Virus record (IMG/VR): IMGVR_UViG_2684622581_000006
Length of the DNA stretch: 24,010 nucleotides
From: a virus
Lineage: Duplodnaviria; Heunggongvirae; Uroviricota; Caudoviricetes
Strand: one strand, 5' to 3'
The notes beneath the pieces were generated by a model, which saw nothing but the letters and a program-made list of their open reading frames with translations, ran no database searches and was not told where the DNA came from. Numbering within the stretch: the first letter of the stretch is position 1; each line of letters begins with the position of its first letter. The translations under genes were made by a program, and so were the position numbers. Shown in pieces: positions 9,065 to 18,470 of the stretch.

Positions 9065-9082
9065 TGTACCGACAACCACACA
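9065..9082. promoter_or_regulatory. Candidate late-promoter activator site (TGT-N12-ACA) in the divergent O/P intergenic region
   Basis: TGTACCGACAACCACACA lies in the 142-bp region between the divergent O and P genes (about 55 bp upstream of the P ATG, about 87 bp upstream of the O ATG). Which promoter it serves is not resolved. Coordinates +/- 2 bp. Confidence 0.45.
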
Positions 9083-9128
9083 AACCGCAGGCGGGGAAAG
9101 CCTTCATTCAAGACTGTAGGTTTGTGCC

Positions 9129-10895
9129 ATGAACACCACACTGACACCCGCAGATCTCGATCCCCGTCGGCAGGCCATGCTGCTGTACTTTCAGGGATAC
9201 CGCGTAGCCCGCATTGCTGAAATGCTGGGCGAGAAAGTTGCAACCGTTCACAGCTGGAAAAAACGCGACAAGTGGGGTGACTATGGGCCGCTGGATCAGA
9301 TGCAGCTCACCACCGCCGCACGCTACTGCCAGCTCATCATGAAGGAGCACAAAGAAGGGAAAGATTTCAAAGAGATTGACCTGCTGGCGCGCCAGTCTGA
9401 GCGCCACGCGCGGATCGGCAAGTTTAACAATGGCGGCAACGAAGCCGACTTAAACCCTAACGTCGCCAACCGCAACAAAGGCCCGCGCCGTCAGCCGGAA
9501 AAAAATGTCTTCACCGATGAACAGATTGAGAAGCTGGAAGAAATCTTCCATTCCTCCATGTTCAACTACCAGCGCCACTGGTGGGAAGCCGGAAAAACCA
9601 ACCGCATCCGCAACCTGCTGAAGTCACGCCAGATCGGCGCGACCTTTTACTTTGCCCGTGAAGCCCTGATTGACGCCCTGCTTACCGGGCGTAACCAGAT
9701 TTTCCTTTCCGCCAGTAAGGCACAGGCCCACGTCTTTAAGCAGTACATCATCGACTTCGCCAAAGAAGTGGAGGTGGAGCTGAAAGGCGATCCGATGGTG
9801 CTTCCTAACGGGGCCACGCTTTACTTCCTCGGCACCAATGCCCGCACTGCCCAGAGTTATCACGGCAACCTGTATCTGGATGAATATTTCTGGATACCGA
9901 AATTCCAGGAGCTGCGCAAAGTGGCTTCCGGTATGGCTATTCACAAGAAATGGCGACAAACCTATTTTTCCACGCCATCCAGCCTGACTCATAGTGCTTA
10001 TCCGTTCTGGTCCGGTGCGCTGTTCAACCGTGGGCGCAACAAAGCCGACAAGGTGGACATCGACCTGTCCCACAGCAATCTGGCCCCCGGCCTGCTGTGC
10101 GCAGACGGGCAATACCGCCAGATAGTCACCGTGGAAGATGCGGTGCGCGGCGGCTGTAACCTGTTCGACCTTGACCAGTTGCGCATGGAGTACAGCCCGG
10201 ACGAATACCAGAACCTGCTGATGTGCGAGTTTGTGGACGATCTCGCGTCCGTGTTCCCGCTCAGCGAGCTGCAGGCGTGCATGGTGGACAGCTGGGAAGT
10301 CTGGACCGACTTTCATGCACTGGCTCTGCGCCCGTTTGGCTGGCGCGAAGTGTGGATCGGTTATGACCCGGCAAAAGGTACGCAAAACGGCGACAGCGCC
10401 GGATGCGTGGTGGTGGCACCGCCAGCCGTGCCTGGTGGTAAGTTCCGCATTCTTGAGCGTCACCAGTGGCGCGGGATGGACTTCCGCGCCCAGGCTGACG
10501 CCATCAAAAAACTGACCGAGCAGTACAACGTGACCTACATCGGCATCGACTCGACCGGCGTCGGCCACGGGGTTTACGAGAACGTGAAAGCATTCTTTCC
10601 TGCCGTCCGGGAGTTTGTCTACAACCCCAACGTTAAAAACGCCCTGGTGCTCAAGGCCTACGACATTATCAGCCACCGCCGTCTGGAGTTTGACGCCGGA
10701 CACACCGACATTGCGCAGTCATTCATGGCAATCCGTCGCGCCACCACCGCCAGCGGCAACCGCCCGACCTATGAAGCCAGCCGCAGCGAAGAAGCCAGCC
10801 ATGCCGATCTGGCCTGGGCAACAATGCACGCACTGTTTAACGAACCGCTGCAAGGCGAGTCCGCCAATACCAGCAATATTGTGGAGATTTTTTGA
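9129..10895 (+). CDS. P: Terminase ATPase (large) subunit P
   Basis: 588 aa (P2 gpP is about 590); transcribed divergently from O and followed by Q with a 4-nt overlap, exactly as in P2. Confidence 0.9.
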   Translation: MNTTLTPADLDPRRQAMLLYFQGYRVARIAEMLGEKVATVHSWKKRDKWGDYGPLDQMQLTTAARYCQLIMKEHKEGKDFKEIDLLARQSERHARIGKFNNGGNEADLNPNVANRNKGPRRQPEKNVFTDEQIEKLEEIFHSSMFNYQRHWWEAGKTNRIRNLLKSRQIGATFYFAREALIDALLTGRNQIFLSASKAQAHVFKQYIIDFAKEVEVELKGDPMVLPNGATLYFLGTNARTAQSYHGNLYLDEYFWIPKFQELRKVASGMAIHKKWRQTYFSTPSSLTHSAYPFWSGALFNRGRNKADKVDIDLSHSNLAPGLLCADGQYRQIVTVEDAVRGGCNLFDLDQLRMEYSPDEYQNLLMCEFVDDLASVFPLSELQACMVDSWEVWTDFHALALRPFGWREVWIGYDPAKGTQNGDSAGCVVVAPPAVPGGKFRILERHQWRGMDFRAQADAIKKLTEQYNVTYIGIDSTGVGHGVYENVKAFFPAVREFVYNPNVKNALVLKAYDIISHRRLEFDAGHTDIAQSFMAIRRATTASGNRPTYEASRSEEASHADLAWATMHALFNEPLQGESANTSNIVEIF

Positions 10896-11920
10896 TGGGA
10901 AAGAGTAAGAAGAACCGCGCTGCGGCGACGAAACAGATCCAGCTTAAAAGTCAAACTACAGCCGAAGCATTCAGCTTCGGCGATCCCGTTCCTGTTCTGG
11001 ACCGCCGAGAACTGCTGGACTATGTGGAATGCGTACAGACAGATCGCTGGTATGAGCCGCCAGTAAGCTTTGACGGACTGGCGCGCACCTTCCGCGCCGC
11101 CGTGCATCACAGTTCACCAATTGCGGTGAAATGCAACATTCTGACCAGTACCTACATCCCTCACCCGCTGCTCAGCCAGCAGGCTTTTTCACGTTTTGTG
11201 CAGGACTATCTGGTATTTGGTAACGCCTACCTGGAGAAACGCACGAACCGCTTCGGTGAAGTTATCGCCCTTGAGCCTGCTCTGGCAAAATACACCCGAC
11301 GCGGGTTAGACCTGGATACCTACTGGTTTGTGCAATACGGTATGACAACCCAGCCGTATCAGTTCACGAAAGGCAGCATTTTTCATCTGATGGAACCGGA
11401 CATTAACCAGGAGATCTACGGCCTGCCCGGCTATCTTTCTGCCATTCCGTCCGCCCTGCTCAATGAGTCCGCCACGCTGTTCCGCCGCAAGTATTACATT
11501 AACGGTAGTCATGCAGGCTTCATCATGTACATGACCGATGCTGCGCAGAACCAGGAGGACGTGAACAACCTCCGCAATGCAATGAAAAGTGCCAAAGGTC
11601 CGGGTAACTTCCGCAACCTGTTTATGTACTCGCCTAACGGCAAAAAGGACGGGCTTCAGATTATCCCGTTGTCAGAGGTGGCGGCGAAGGATGAGTTTTT
11701 GAATATCAAGAACGTGAGCCGCGATGACATGATGGCTGCGCACCGCGTGCCGCCGCAAATGATGGGGATTATGCCTAATAATGTTGGAGGGTTTGGGGAT
11801 GTGGAGAAGGCCGCAAATGTGTTTGTGCGCAATGAACTTTTGCCATTACAGAAACGCATGGAGGAGTTAAACCATTGGCTGGGTGAGAAAGTTATTGCAT
11901 TTTCATCCTATTGTTTATGA
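10892..11920 (+). CDS. Q: Portal (capsid vertex) protein Q
   Basis: 342 aa (P2 gpQ is about 344); last gene before the cos region in P2-family genomes. Confidence 0.9.
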   Translation: MMGKSKKNRAAATKQIQLKSQTTAEAFSFGDPVPVLDRRELLDYVECVQTDRWYEPPVSFDGLARTFRAAVHHSSPIAVKCNILTSTYIPHPLLSQQAFSRFVQDYLVFGNAYLEKRTNRFGEVIALEPALAKYTRRGLDLDTYWFVQYGMTTQPYQFTKGSIFHLMEPDINQEIYGLPGYLSAIPSALLNESATLFRRKYYINGSHAGFIMYMTDAAQNQEDVNNLRNAMKSAKGPGNFRNLFMYSPNGKKDGLQIIPLSEVAAKDEFLNIKNVSRDDMMAAHRVPPQMMGIMPNNVGGFGDVEKAANVFVRNELLPLQKRMEELNHWLGEKVIAFSSYCL

Positions 11921-11930
11921 GATATAAATT

Positions 11931-11954
11931 GGTGGCCTTAATTATATAGCCACC
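11931..11954. terminator. Hairpin between convergent genes Q and the TIR gene (possible bidirectional terminator)
   Basis: GGTGGC-cttaattatata-GCCACC followed by ATATTGCTTTTTATTTT on the plus strand; the complementary strand also has a T-rich tract after the stem. Stem is short (6-7 bp). Confidence 0.4.
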
Positions 11955-11964
11955 ATATTGCTTT

Positions 11965-12777
11965 TTATTTTACTCTAAAGGCATCATCGGCTTTATGTGG
12001 TATAGGAGCATAACGCTCGGTACTTACTCGATGTAGCACCGCAAATATATTCAAAGGTGAACCATCCTTTAACCTAAGAGAAACATACATTGGCATCGTT
12101 GGTGTTAACCCCCGATTTAGGCCAACAGTGGCACCACTTACTTTCATACCATTTTCTAAAGATGCATTTTCAATAAACCCCTGAGTGAATGTGCTTTCTC
12201 CATTGACCATAACAACAACATCATCATGCTTAATTGTATTATCCATAATCATCATAAAATCAGCAATTGGTTCTAAAAAATCCATTGCTGATAATTTCAC
12301 TATCTTACCCCCATCACCATCCTTAATATCATAGGAGAGGTTTGAATACTTCTCAGGATTAGGAATATACGTATTTTGTTGATTAATGACATCTATAATT
12401 TGTCTTATTGCCACATCGATCCCATACGAATAAAGATCAATATATAGCGTTTGAGTAAGCAGAGCAGGCAAGGATATATTCTGGCAACGTATTGGTATAA
12501 ATTTACACTTCCCGGACGATGCCTTAATTAAAGCATTTTGCCATTCCATTTTTACCATGTTACTTGCCAAACTATTTTCTGTGACAAAAAAGAAAAAGAA
12601 CGATACATTCTCCATTCCTAAATTCATCTTGTCAATAATACCCTCTCCGGGTTGGATAGACCAAGAATCGTAGAATACGTTATCACGCCCATAAACATCT
12701 GCTAGTTTTTCCGCTATAACACTTACAAACCTTTTGTCACGGTGATTATGACTTAGAAAGATCATAGCATGCCCCAT
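11965..12777 (-). CDS. TIR-domain protein with about 135-aa C-terminal domain of unknown function (cargo; candidate anti-phage protein)
   Basis: N-terminus IFLSHNHRDKRF...FYDSWSIQPGEGI...FFFFFVTENSLASNMVKMEWQNA has the bacterial TIR hallmarks (F-x-S-H start, aromatic run, W-x-x-E helix with a candidate catalytic Glu near residue 78). Strongly AT-rich compared with flanking phage genes. Start could be M1 (12777) or M5 (12765). Confidence 0.75.
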   Translation of the reverse strand: MGHAMIFLSHNHRDKRFVSVIAEKLADVYGRDNVFYDSWSIQPGEGIIDKMNLGMENVSFFFFFVTENSLASNMVKMEWQNALIKASSGKCKFIPIRCQNISLPALLTQTLYIDLYSYGIDVAIRQIIDVINQQNTYIPNPEKYSNLSYDIKDGDGGKIVKLSAMDFLEPIADFMMIMDNTIKHDDVVVMVNGESTFTQGFIENASLENGMKVSGATVGLNRGLTPTMPMYVSLRLKDGSPLNIFAVLHRVSTERYAPIPHKADDAFRVK

Positions 12778-12846
12778 TAGAAATTAATGTGTAAGATCTG
12801 CGTAGAGAGTCACCGACAGTGTACCAATAATAATCTTCTGCGCGCA

Positions 12847-12865
12847 ATCGTATCCCCGCCACGCC
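12847..12865. other. Candidate cos (cohesive end) site, P2/186-type
   Basis: Reverse complement reads GGCGTGGCGGGGATACGAT, matching about 15/19 of the recalled 19-nt cohesive end of phage 186 (GGCGTGGCGGGGAAAGCAT) and P2 (GGCGAGGCGGGGAAAGCAC). It sits in a GC-richer non-coding stretch (12780-13065) on the expected side of Q. From memory only; coordinates +/- 2 bp. Confidence 0.4.
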
Positions 12866-13065
12866 TGCCCACTTTATGTAGTGGTTTTCATGCACCTGCA
12901 TGACATAAGCAAAAGCACGCCAGTTCTGGCTGGCATCAGCGAAAACGATCGTCATACTATCATGCGATCTCATGCGCCATATGAAGTTTTCCTGACACAG
13001 CCTTGGGTTGGGATAACACCTAACTCAGGAAGATTTTTTGTGTGTTTGTAACCCACACCTAGAGT

Positions 13066-14235
13066 TTACCAATCCATGTTTGCGGCATTATCCATCTCAC
13101 GAGTTAAGTAATTAACAAATAAGTCCATATTCCTTTCTGATTTCATCGCCTCCGCATAGGTTCCATTAGTTACGTAAGATAGTATTAAAGGACATCCAGA
13201 TTCAATATAAATTTTTGCTGGGGACAGTTCTCCCTGCCACAAATTTTCAAGAAAATCGTTAATTAATTGCATTGCTTCAGGTGCCAAAAAATGCACACCA
13301 TTTCCAAACTTGAAACGTTCTTTATTTTCTCGATGAGGCAGCAATAGTGGCACAGCCCCTACACTTGAGTGAAATTCCAATGCTTGCCCATCCTTACCGA
13401 AGGCGCCATGGGCTACAAAATTACGCACCTGTTTTCTGAGTATAAGTAAACGATCATAGAACAATTTTAGACTGGAAGAGTTAATATCAATGGCTAATTT
13501 GAATTTCTCCCCCCATTCTTTTCCAACTTTATCAGCCACATCATTCCCATTTTTTATCTCACCCTTCAAGATTGCAATAAGAATGAAAACATGCTCGGTC
13601 CAATTGAAAAATGACTCAATTGCAGACGTTGCTAACCACATAGCCTCTCTTCGGAGTTCAATTATCTTATTTGATTGTTCAAAAGTGGATTGTAACAGGC
13701 TGAAAAAATTATCAGACTTAAACTCACTATCAACTTCCAGTTTAGACTCTTGGCCAGCAGCAACTTCATCAAGCTTCTGTTTATATAGCTCTAAAAAATA
13801 GCAAAACCTATCATAAAGAGAATTAGCATTGTTATTAACATTTAGATTTGAAGTCTTTGCTGCATTGTCTGCAAGCGAGTCAAAAAAATTCGTAGCAGCT
13901 TTAACCCCTGCGCAAATATGTCTCAAAACAATTTTAGCTTGCTCTATATCATCATCACTCTTGATAAATATATCTAAACCAAGTTTACGATGTTCTATAA
14001 TTACGACAGTCCCATCAATCCGGACTGGGATAGAAAAAGAAATCTTCTCATCAACCCCACGATTTTTAAATTTCAGTAAATCTACCAAAAGAAAATAAAC
14101 GAGATAATACGGAGGTAATGAGTCTCCCAAACCCGAGCGCTTACCCCAAAAATATTCATCAAGCTCGGCAGACTCCATTGTCCCTATGACTCTTCGGACG
14201 CGTTCTTCAACTTTAGCCAGATCCATTCCCCACAC
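13066..14235 (-). CDS. Hypothetical 389-aa protein with HEPN-type R-N-x-x-A-H-G motif (cargo; candidate nuclease effector)
   Basis: Long AT-rich ORF between A and cos at the position where P2 carries old/tin. Contains LRKQVRNFVAHGAF (R271..H276), a canonical Rx4H HEPN signature. No further family recognised by eye. Confidence 0.6.
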   Translation of the reverse strand: MWGMDLAKVEERVRRVIGTMESAELDEYFWGKRSGLGDSLPPYYLVYFLLVDLLKFKNRGVDEKISFSIPVRIDGTVVIIEHRKLGLDIFIKSDDDIEQAKIVLRHICAGVKAATNFFDSLADNAAKTSNLNVNNNANSLYDRFCYFLELYKQKLDEVAAGQESKLEVDSEFKSDNFFSLLQSTFEQSNKIIELRREAMWLATSAIESFFNWTEHVFILIAILKGEIKNGNDVADKVGKEWGEKFKLAIDINSSSLKLFYDRLLILRKQVRNFVAHGAFGKDGQALEFHSSVGAVPLLLPHRENKERFKFGNGVHFLAPEAMQLINDFLENLWQGELSPAKIYIESGCPLILSYVTNGTYAEAMKSERNMDLFVNYLTREMDNAANMDW

Positions 14236-14396
14236 CGCCTTTCAATATCACTTAAGGTATTACAGCCAATGACATCGATTAAATACAGCGTAGATAATAG
14301 GCAACTTGCTACTGTTTTCAAGGGCTTTCTGTTTCAATCCTTAGTTGACCTTGCTGACGCGAGAATCTAGTTCTCACGCCAGCAACGCCCCTGCTG

Positions 14397-14585
14397 CTAA
14401 CCGAGAAGATCCATTACACGGTTATATTCATGGGCACGAATTTTCGCCATCAACTCATCAGTCAGCTCTGAAACCCACTGCAGAGCCAGCCCCTTCTCTT
14501 CATCACTACACTCACTAGCCGCTACAAGCTTAAGAAAAAAATCAATGCGCTGGAGCTTCAAAGACTCCAAAAAATAGTCCTGCAT
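14397..14585 (-). CDS. Small acidic hypothetical protein (about 62 aa)
   Basis: ORF 14397-14687; internal start MQDYFLESL is preceded by an AGGAGG Shine-Dalgarno about 5 nt upstream. Lies between the A stop and the 389-aa gene. Confidence 0.45.
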   Translation of the reverse strand: MQDYFLESLKLQRIDFFLKLVAASECSDEEKGLALQWVSELTDELMAKIRAHEYNRVMDLLG

Positions 14586-14738
14586 TTTTCCTCCTATGAC
14601 ACCACAAGCAATACTGTATGCATAACCACTGTTTATATTTACAGTATATAATAATCTTACTGATGTAAAACGTTTTTTTACGTTCATCAGCCTGATATGC
14701 CTGGTATTATTAAGAGCACGAATTGTTAATCCGCGTAA

Positions 14739-17153
14739 TTAATACAGGTTCCGCCACTTATCATCTTCCCACAAACGCTGGTTCCGATAGAAGATACGCA
14801 AGCCTGCTCCTGACGGAATACTGCCGCCGCGAAGGAGTAAATCGACCTCTTTCTCGCTGCCATCAAATCCTCTGGACTTCAGCTCATAGACGAGCTGCAG
14901 TCGCTGATGGTCTGTAATTCGCTGTTTGTAGTCTTTACGCCGTTTCGGTTTAACCAGGCGTAACCTTGCTGCCAGTTCCCGGCGCTCTTTTTTGCTCATA
15001 CTGTGCAGGTAATCGTGCAACTCCTTGTCATCCATGCGGGTAATGTCCGTTCTGGTGTCCCCATCAGCTGATTTATCTTTCTCCTGTTGGTTCAAATTTT
15101 CAGCAAGGGGACAGTTATTGCCACGAGTCCAAGGGGCGCAAGTGCCCTGGTCGGCTGCCGCCTCCTGAACGTCAACGGCCTTACGAACCATTTTCCACTT
15201 CACTGCATGAGTGCAGATCTTGCCCTCTGCAATGGGTGACCAGATGCCATAAATACGAATACCGTGATCGCCATAGGCGGTTGGCTCTTCGTTGATTTCA
15301 TAAGCGGTTCTGATGAGGTGATATTTGCGGGGAACCAGTACGCCGCCCTGCTTCATGATGTAGGTGGCAAAACAACCAGCATCAGCAGCAGCCAGGATGG
15401 CATCAAGGCGCGGGTTATCCAGTACCGGCGCACCTGCTTTTTTGTCACCCTGTTGCCTTGCCGCCTGACCAGCCAGCAATCGCAGTTCACGGTAAGCCTG
15501 ACGCCCCGGAATGCCAAAGAAGCGGAATTGCTGAACACGATGCAGAGACGCCCAGGCATTAACGTATTCAGCGTTATCACGCAGGGATTTACCCGTTTCC
15601 TTACTGATCTCGCCAGCCAGACCACGCCCGTCAATATTCTTACTGATATATTTCGCAATGTAGCTTGTCGGCGTTCCTTTGCGCGGGTTTATCAGCTCAG
15701 ACTTAAAGCGTGGCCCCGTGTTATTGCCCAGCTCCTCGCGGTCTTCACGGATGGCAAACTTACGCAACAATGCAGTAATGGCGCGGCGCTCTTTTTTGCG
15801 CATGAAACACAACAGGTGCCAGTGAACTGTGCCGTCATGATGCGGCTCAGCCACCCGCACGCCATACCAGCGCAACCCGGCTTTGTGCATAGCCTTACGA
15901 AATGCAGCAAACATGCCGACCAGATAATCGCTGCTTTGTCTTACTGTCGCGTTGGTCCAGGTCGGGTTTGGCCTGCCGTTATTTAGCGTGGAATGGAAAC
16001 GTGACGGACAGGTGATGGTGTAGAAAACGGCGCAGTCACCACGCATTTCCGCGATAAGCTCCAGGCCTTTAACACAGGCCATCATCTCATTGCGGCGATG
16101 CGCCGGGTTGCTGCTGCTGGCGTTTACCACATCCTCCATGTTCAGCGTGTCGCCGTCTTCGTTCACCAGTTCATGAGAACGGAAAAACTCCAGCGACTTA
16201 CGGCGCTGCTCACGTTTATGCATCACGGCTTCATAGCTGACATAGGGAGATGCTTTTTTGCTGACCAGGCTGACAGCACGCAACTGCTCTTCCCGCCATT
16301 CGCAACGCATCTTCCATAATTTCCGATACCACCAGTCGGCGCACAGCATACGCGCCAGCGAACCCGGAATGAGTTCATAGGGCACAGGTTTGCGGCGGTT
16401 TCTTTTCCGGCGGAGTTGCTCAAACGCAGGCGGTATGACATCCAGTCGCAGGGTTTCTGCAGCCACCTTTTCCCATGTCTTGCGGATTTCTTCTGGCTTA
16501 ACATCATCGGAGGCGTACAAATCACCACAAGCGGCATCAAGACACATGCTCATATGCGCAGCGACAAGGGTAGACAGGCGTTTCACCTGATCCTGACTCA
16601 TTTCAGGCAGGATCAGCAGACCGTCCAGCCCTTCATGGCTTGCCATAAAACGAAAAGATGCAGATAGCTGGCTGTCGCGTACATGCTCCAGTCGTTCCAG
16701 ACATGGCTTAATCGTCTCACGCAAATAGCGGGAATAAGCCTTTGGCCTGCCCAGGCTGCTGAAATATTCAATACGTTGCATCAGCGGCTTGCTGATATGG
16801 GAAGGCTGGGCGTTGACGTCGGCCAGAATGACCATGTCCGGATTAAAACGCTGCTGCTCATGCGCCATCTTTGCCCGGCTAATGAGCTTATCCTGCTCCA
16901 TTTCGCGTTGGACAGGATCACGGGATTCATTAAAGAAATAACGCTCCCAGACCTGATCACTCAGTGCCTCGCGGCGCAGTTGTTCCTGCTCGTTATCAGT
17001 AGCGTACAGAGTGATCAGGTTTGAAAGCGCAGAAACCGGCGCAACTTCCGCCGGGTCCAGATAAGGGTTAATGGCCTTTTTCGGGCTGTTCCATGAGAAT
17101 GCTGCGGCGACCTCGTTAAAGCCGCTGCAGTTGTTCATATCAGCATGGCTCAT
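14739..17153 (-). CDS. A: Replication initiation protein A (rolling-circle nickase)
   Basis: 804 aa; HUH-like motif (TVHWHLLCF) and the YIAKYISK tyrosine motif typical of P2 gpA-family initiators; preceded by dam with overlapping stop/start. Confidence 0.9.
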   Translation of the reverse strand: MSHADMNNCSGFNEVAAAFSWNSPKKAINPYLDPAEVAPVSALSNLITLYATDNEQEQLRREALSDQVWERYFFNESRDPVQREMEQDKLISRAKMAHEQQRFNPDMVILADVNAQPSHISKPLMQRIEYFSSLGRPKAYSRYLRETIKPCLERLEHVRDSQLSASFRFMASHEGLDGLLILPEMSQDQVKRLSTLVAAHMSMCLDAACGDLYASDDVKPEEIRKTWEKVAAETLRLDVIPPAFEQLRRKRNRRKPVPYELIPGSLARMLCADWWYRKLWKMRCEWREEQLRAVSLVSKKASPYVSYEAVMHKREQRRKSLEFFRSHELVNEDGDTLNMEDVVNASSSNPAHRRNEMMACVKGLELIAEMRGDCAVFYTITCPSRFHSTLNNGRPNPTWTNATVRQSSDYLVGMFAAFRKAMHKAGLRWYGVRVAEPHHDGTVHWHLLCFMRKKERRAITALLRKFAIREDREELGNNTGPRFKSELINPRKGTPTSYIAKYISKNIDGRGLAGEISKETGKSLRDNAEYVNAWASLHRVQQFRFFGIPGRQAYRELRLLAGQAARQQGDKKAGAPVLDNPRLDAILAAADAGCFATYIMKQGGVLVPRKYHLIRTAYEINEEPTAYGDHGIRIYGIWSPIAEGKICTHAVKWKMVRKAVDVQEAAADQGTCAPWTRGNNCPLAENLNQQEKDKSADGDTRTDITRMDDKELHDYLHSMSKKERRELAARLRLVKPKRRKDYKQRITDHQRLQLVYELKSRGFDGSEKEVDLLLRGGSIPSGAGLRIFYRNQRLWEDDKWRNLY

Positions 17154-18007
17154 GCACGCACTCCGTACACGGCAGAACTATCCACGCCACGCGAAGGATC
17201 AAATCCCACCCAGCAGCGCGGCCCGGAAACAGCGATGATTTCTGTTGCAGATTTACTCTCACCAGCTGCTACACCGATGCTGCGTTTTGCCTTGATGTAG
17301 TGGTGAGTAAAATTGCGATACAGCGAACGGATCAGGGATGTATCACTGTTAGAAACAATGACCGGATGTCCTTCTGATGACCGATGTTCAAGAACGGATG
17401 CCAGGTGATACTGGTCATCTTCAGTGAAACCATCAGTGTGATAGCCGGAAAACGTACCGTCATACGGCGGATCGCAATACACCACATCCCCCACCTGCAG
17501 CATCGCCAGCGTTTCATCAAAGCTTGCGCAGATAAACGTTGCACGCTGGGCTTTCTCTGCAAATGCGCGAATTTCTTTTTCAGGGAAATACGGATTTTTA
17601 TAATTACCGTACGGAATGTTGAAACGCCCGCTCTTGTTATAGCGACATAATCCACGGTAACCATGACGATTGAGATACAGGAAATATACCGCTTTCATGA
17701 AATCAGTAATTTCAGTGGAGTAATTAAACTCCTGCCTTATGTTGTAATAAGCCACCTCCCTGTTTGCGATCTCAAATAAAACTCTGCCGCGAGATATAAA
17801 CGATTCACAATCAGCGGCAACCTTTTTATAGAGGTTGATTAAATCAGGATTAATATCCGCAACCAGATAGCTGGGGTAATCCGTCTCCATCATCACAGCA
17901 CAGGAACCCGCGAAAGGTTCAACCAGTCGCGGGCCAGCAGGAAGGTGTTTTTTCAGTTCGGACATAATGGCGGTTTTATTTCCCGCCCATTTCAGGATGG
18001 TGCTCAT
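17150..18007 (-). CDS. dam: DNA adenine methyltransferase (Dam-like, N6-A)
   Basis: ORF 17150-18067, likely start at [11 protein letters not shown]; motif [11 protein letters not shown] and motif IV DPPY (VYCDPPYDG) present. Confidence 0.85.
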   Translation of the reverse strand: MSTILKWAGNKTAIMSELKKHLPAGPRLVEPFAGSCAVMMETDYPSYLVADINPDLINLYKKVAADCESFISRGRVLFEIANREVAYYNIRQEFNYSTEITDFMKAVYFLYLNRHGYRGLCRYNKSGRFNIPYGNYKNPYFPEKEIRAFAEKAQRATFICASFDETLAMLQVGDVVYCDPPYDGTFSGYHTDGFTEDDQYHLASVLEHRSSEGHPVIVSNSDTSLIRSLYRNFTHHYIKAKRSIGVAAGESKSATEIIAVSGPRCWVGFDPSRGVDSSAVYGVRA

Positions 18008-18231
18008 ACAGCACCTCCGTTGTAATGTTTGCCTTTCAGCTCTGCGATTTCCTGACAGGTAATGCAAAGCTGCACACCTGGAATGGCGCGGCGGCGTGCT
18101 GGCGGAATTGGCGCTTCACACTCAATGCAAAGCACGCGGGACACGCCCGGCGTTTTGGCACGGGCAGCACGGATATGGCGCTGGCGTTCTTCTTCAACGC
18201 GCTGCTGTACGAGATCCATTGCATCAGCCAT
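18004..18231 (-). CDS. TraR/DksA-family C4 zinc-finger protein
   Basis: 75 aa with C-x2-C-x17-C-x2-C (CIECEAPIPPARRRAIPGVQLCITCQ); small zinc-finger genes occur at this position in P2-like early operons. Confidence 0.65.
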   Translation of the reverse strand: MADAMDLVQQRVEEERQRHIRAARAKTPGVSRVLCIECEAPIPPARRRAIPGVQLCITCQEIAELKGKHYNGGAV

Positions 18232-18470
18232 TAGTGGATCTCCTGCGCTTCGTTCTGGATTGCTTCAGCAGTTACACGCAGTAGTTCTGCTGCTTCGACG
18301 TGGTTTAGCTGGCGGGATGTGATATGACACGCCAGGCTATCAAGGCGAGCTGCCATTGCTTCAGCCCTTGCCCGGCGTTCTTCCAGACGAGCCTCTGTCA
18401 GTAAAATATTAAGCCCAGCATCATCCGGTCCGGTTTTAGTCGTGAGGGTTTCAATATTACGCATAATCAA
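18231..18470 (-). CDS. Hypothetical early protein (79 aa)
   Basis: ORF packed in the early operon, 1-nt overlap with the downstream gene; no family recognised. Confidence 0.45.
   Translation of the reverse strand: MIMRNIETLTTKTGPDDAGLNILLTEARLEERRARAEAMAARLDSLACHITSRQLNHVEAAELLRVTAEAIQNEAQEIH

Noticed and set aside
9123-9140. Second TGT-N12-ACA match overlapping the P start codon
   Set aside because: It covers the ATG of P itself, so an activator site there would be downstream of any promoter for P; the short TGT/ACA half-sites probably arise by chance.
9624-10703. Minus-strand ORF 9624-10703 (359 aa)
   Set aside because: Entirely inside and antisense to the terminase ATPase gene P; long open antisense frames are common in GC-rich coding sequence.
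12746-12973. Minus-strand ORF 12746-12973 (75 aa)
   Set aside because: Overlaps the TIR gene start and spans the candidate cos sequence in a GC-rich non-coding packaging region; no RBS noticed; more likely non-coding.
14236-14396. Possible hairpin GAGAA-tctag-TTCTC between the small ORF and the 389-aa gene
   Set aside because: The stem is only about 5 bp with mismatches in the extended arms and has no clear U-tract on the coding (minus) strand; too weak to call a terminator or operator.
15264-15986. Plus-strand ORF 15264-15986 (240 aa) and other ORFs inside 14739-17153
   Set aside because: Antisense to or embedded in replication gene A, whose 804-aa frame carries the initiator motifs.
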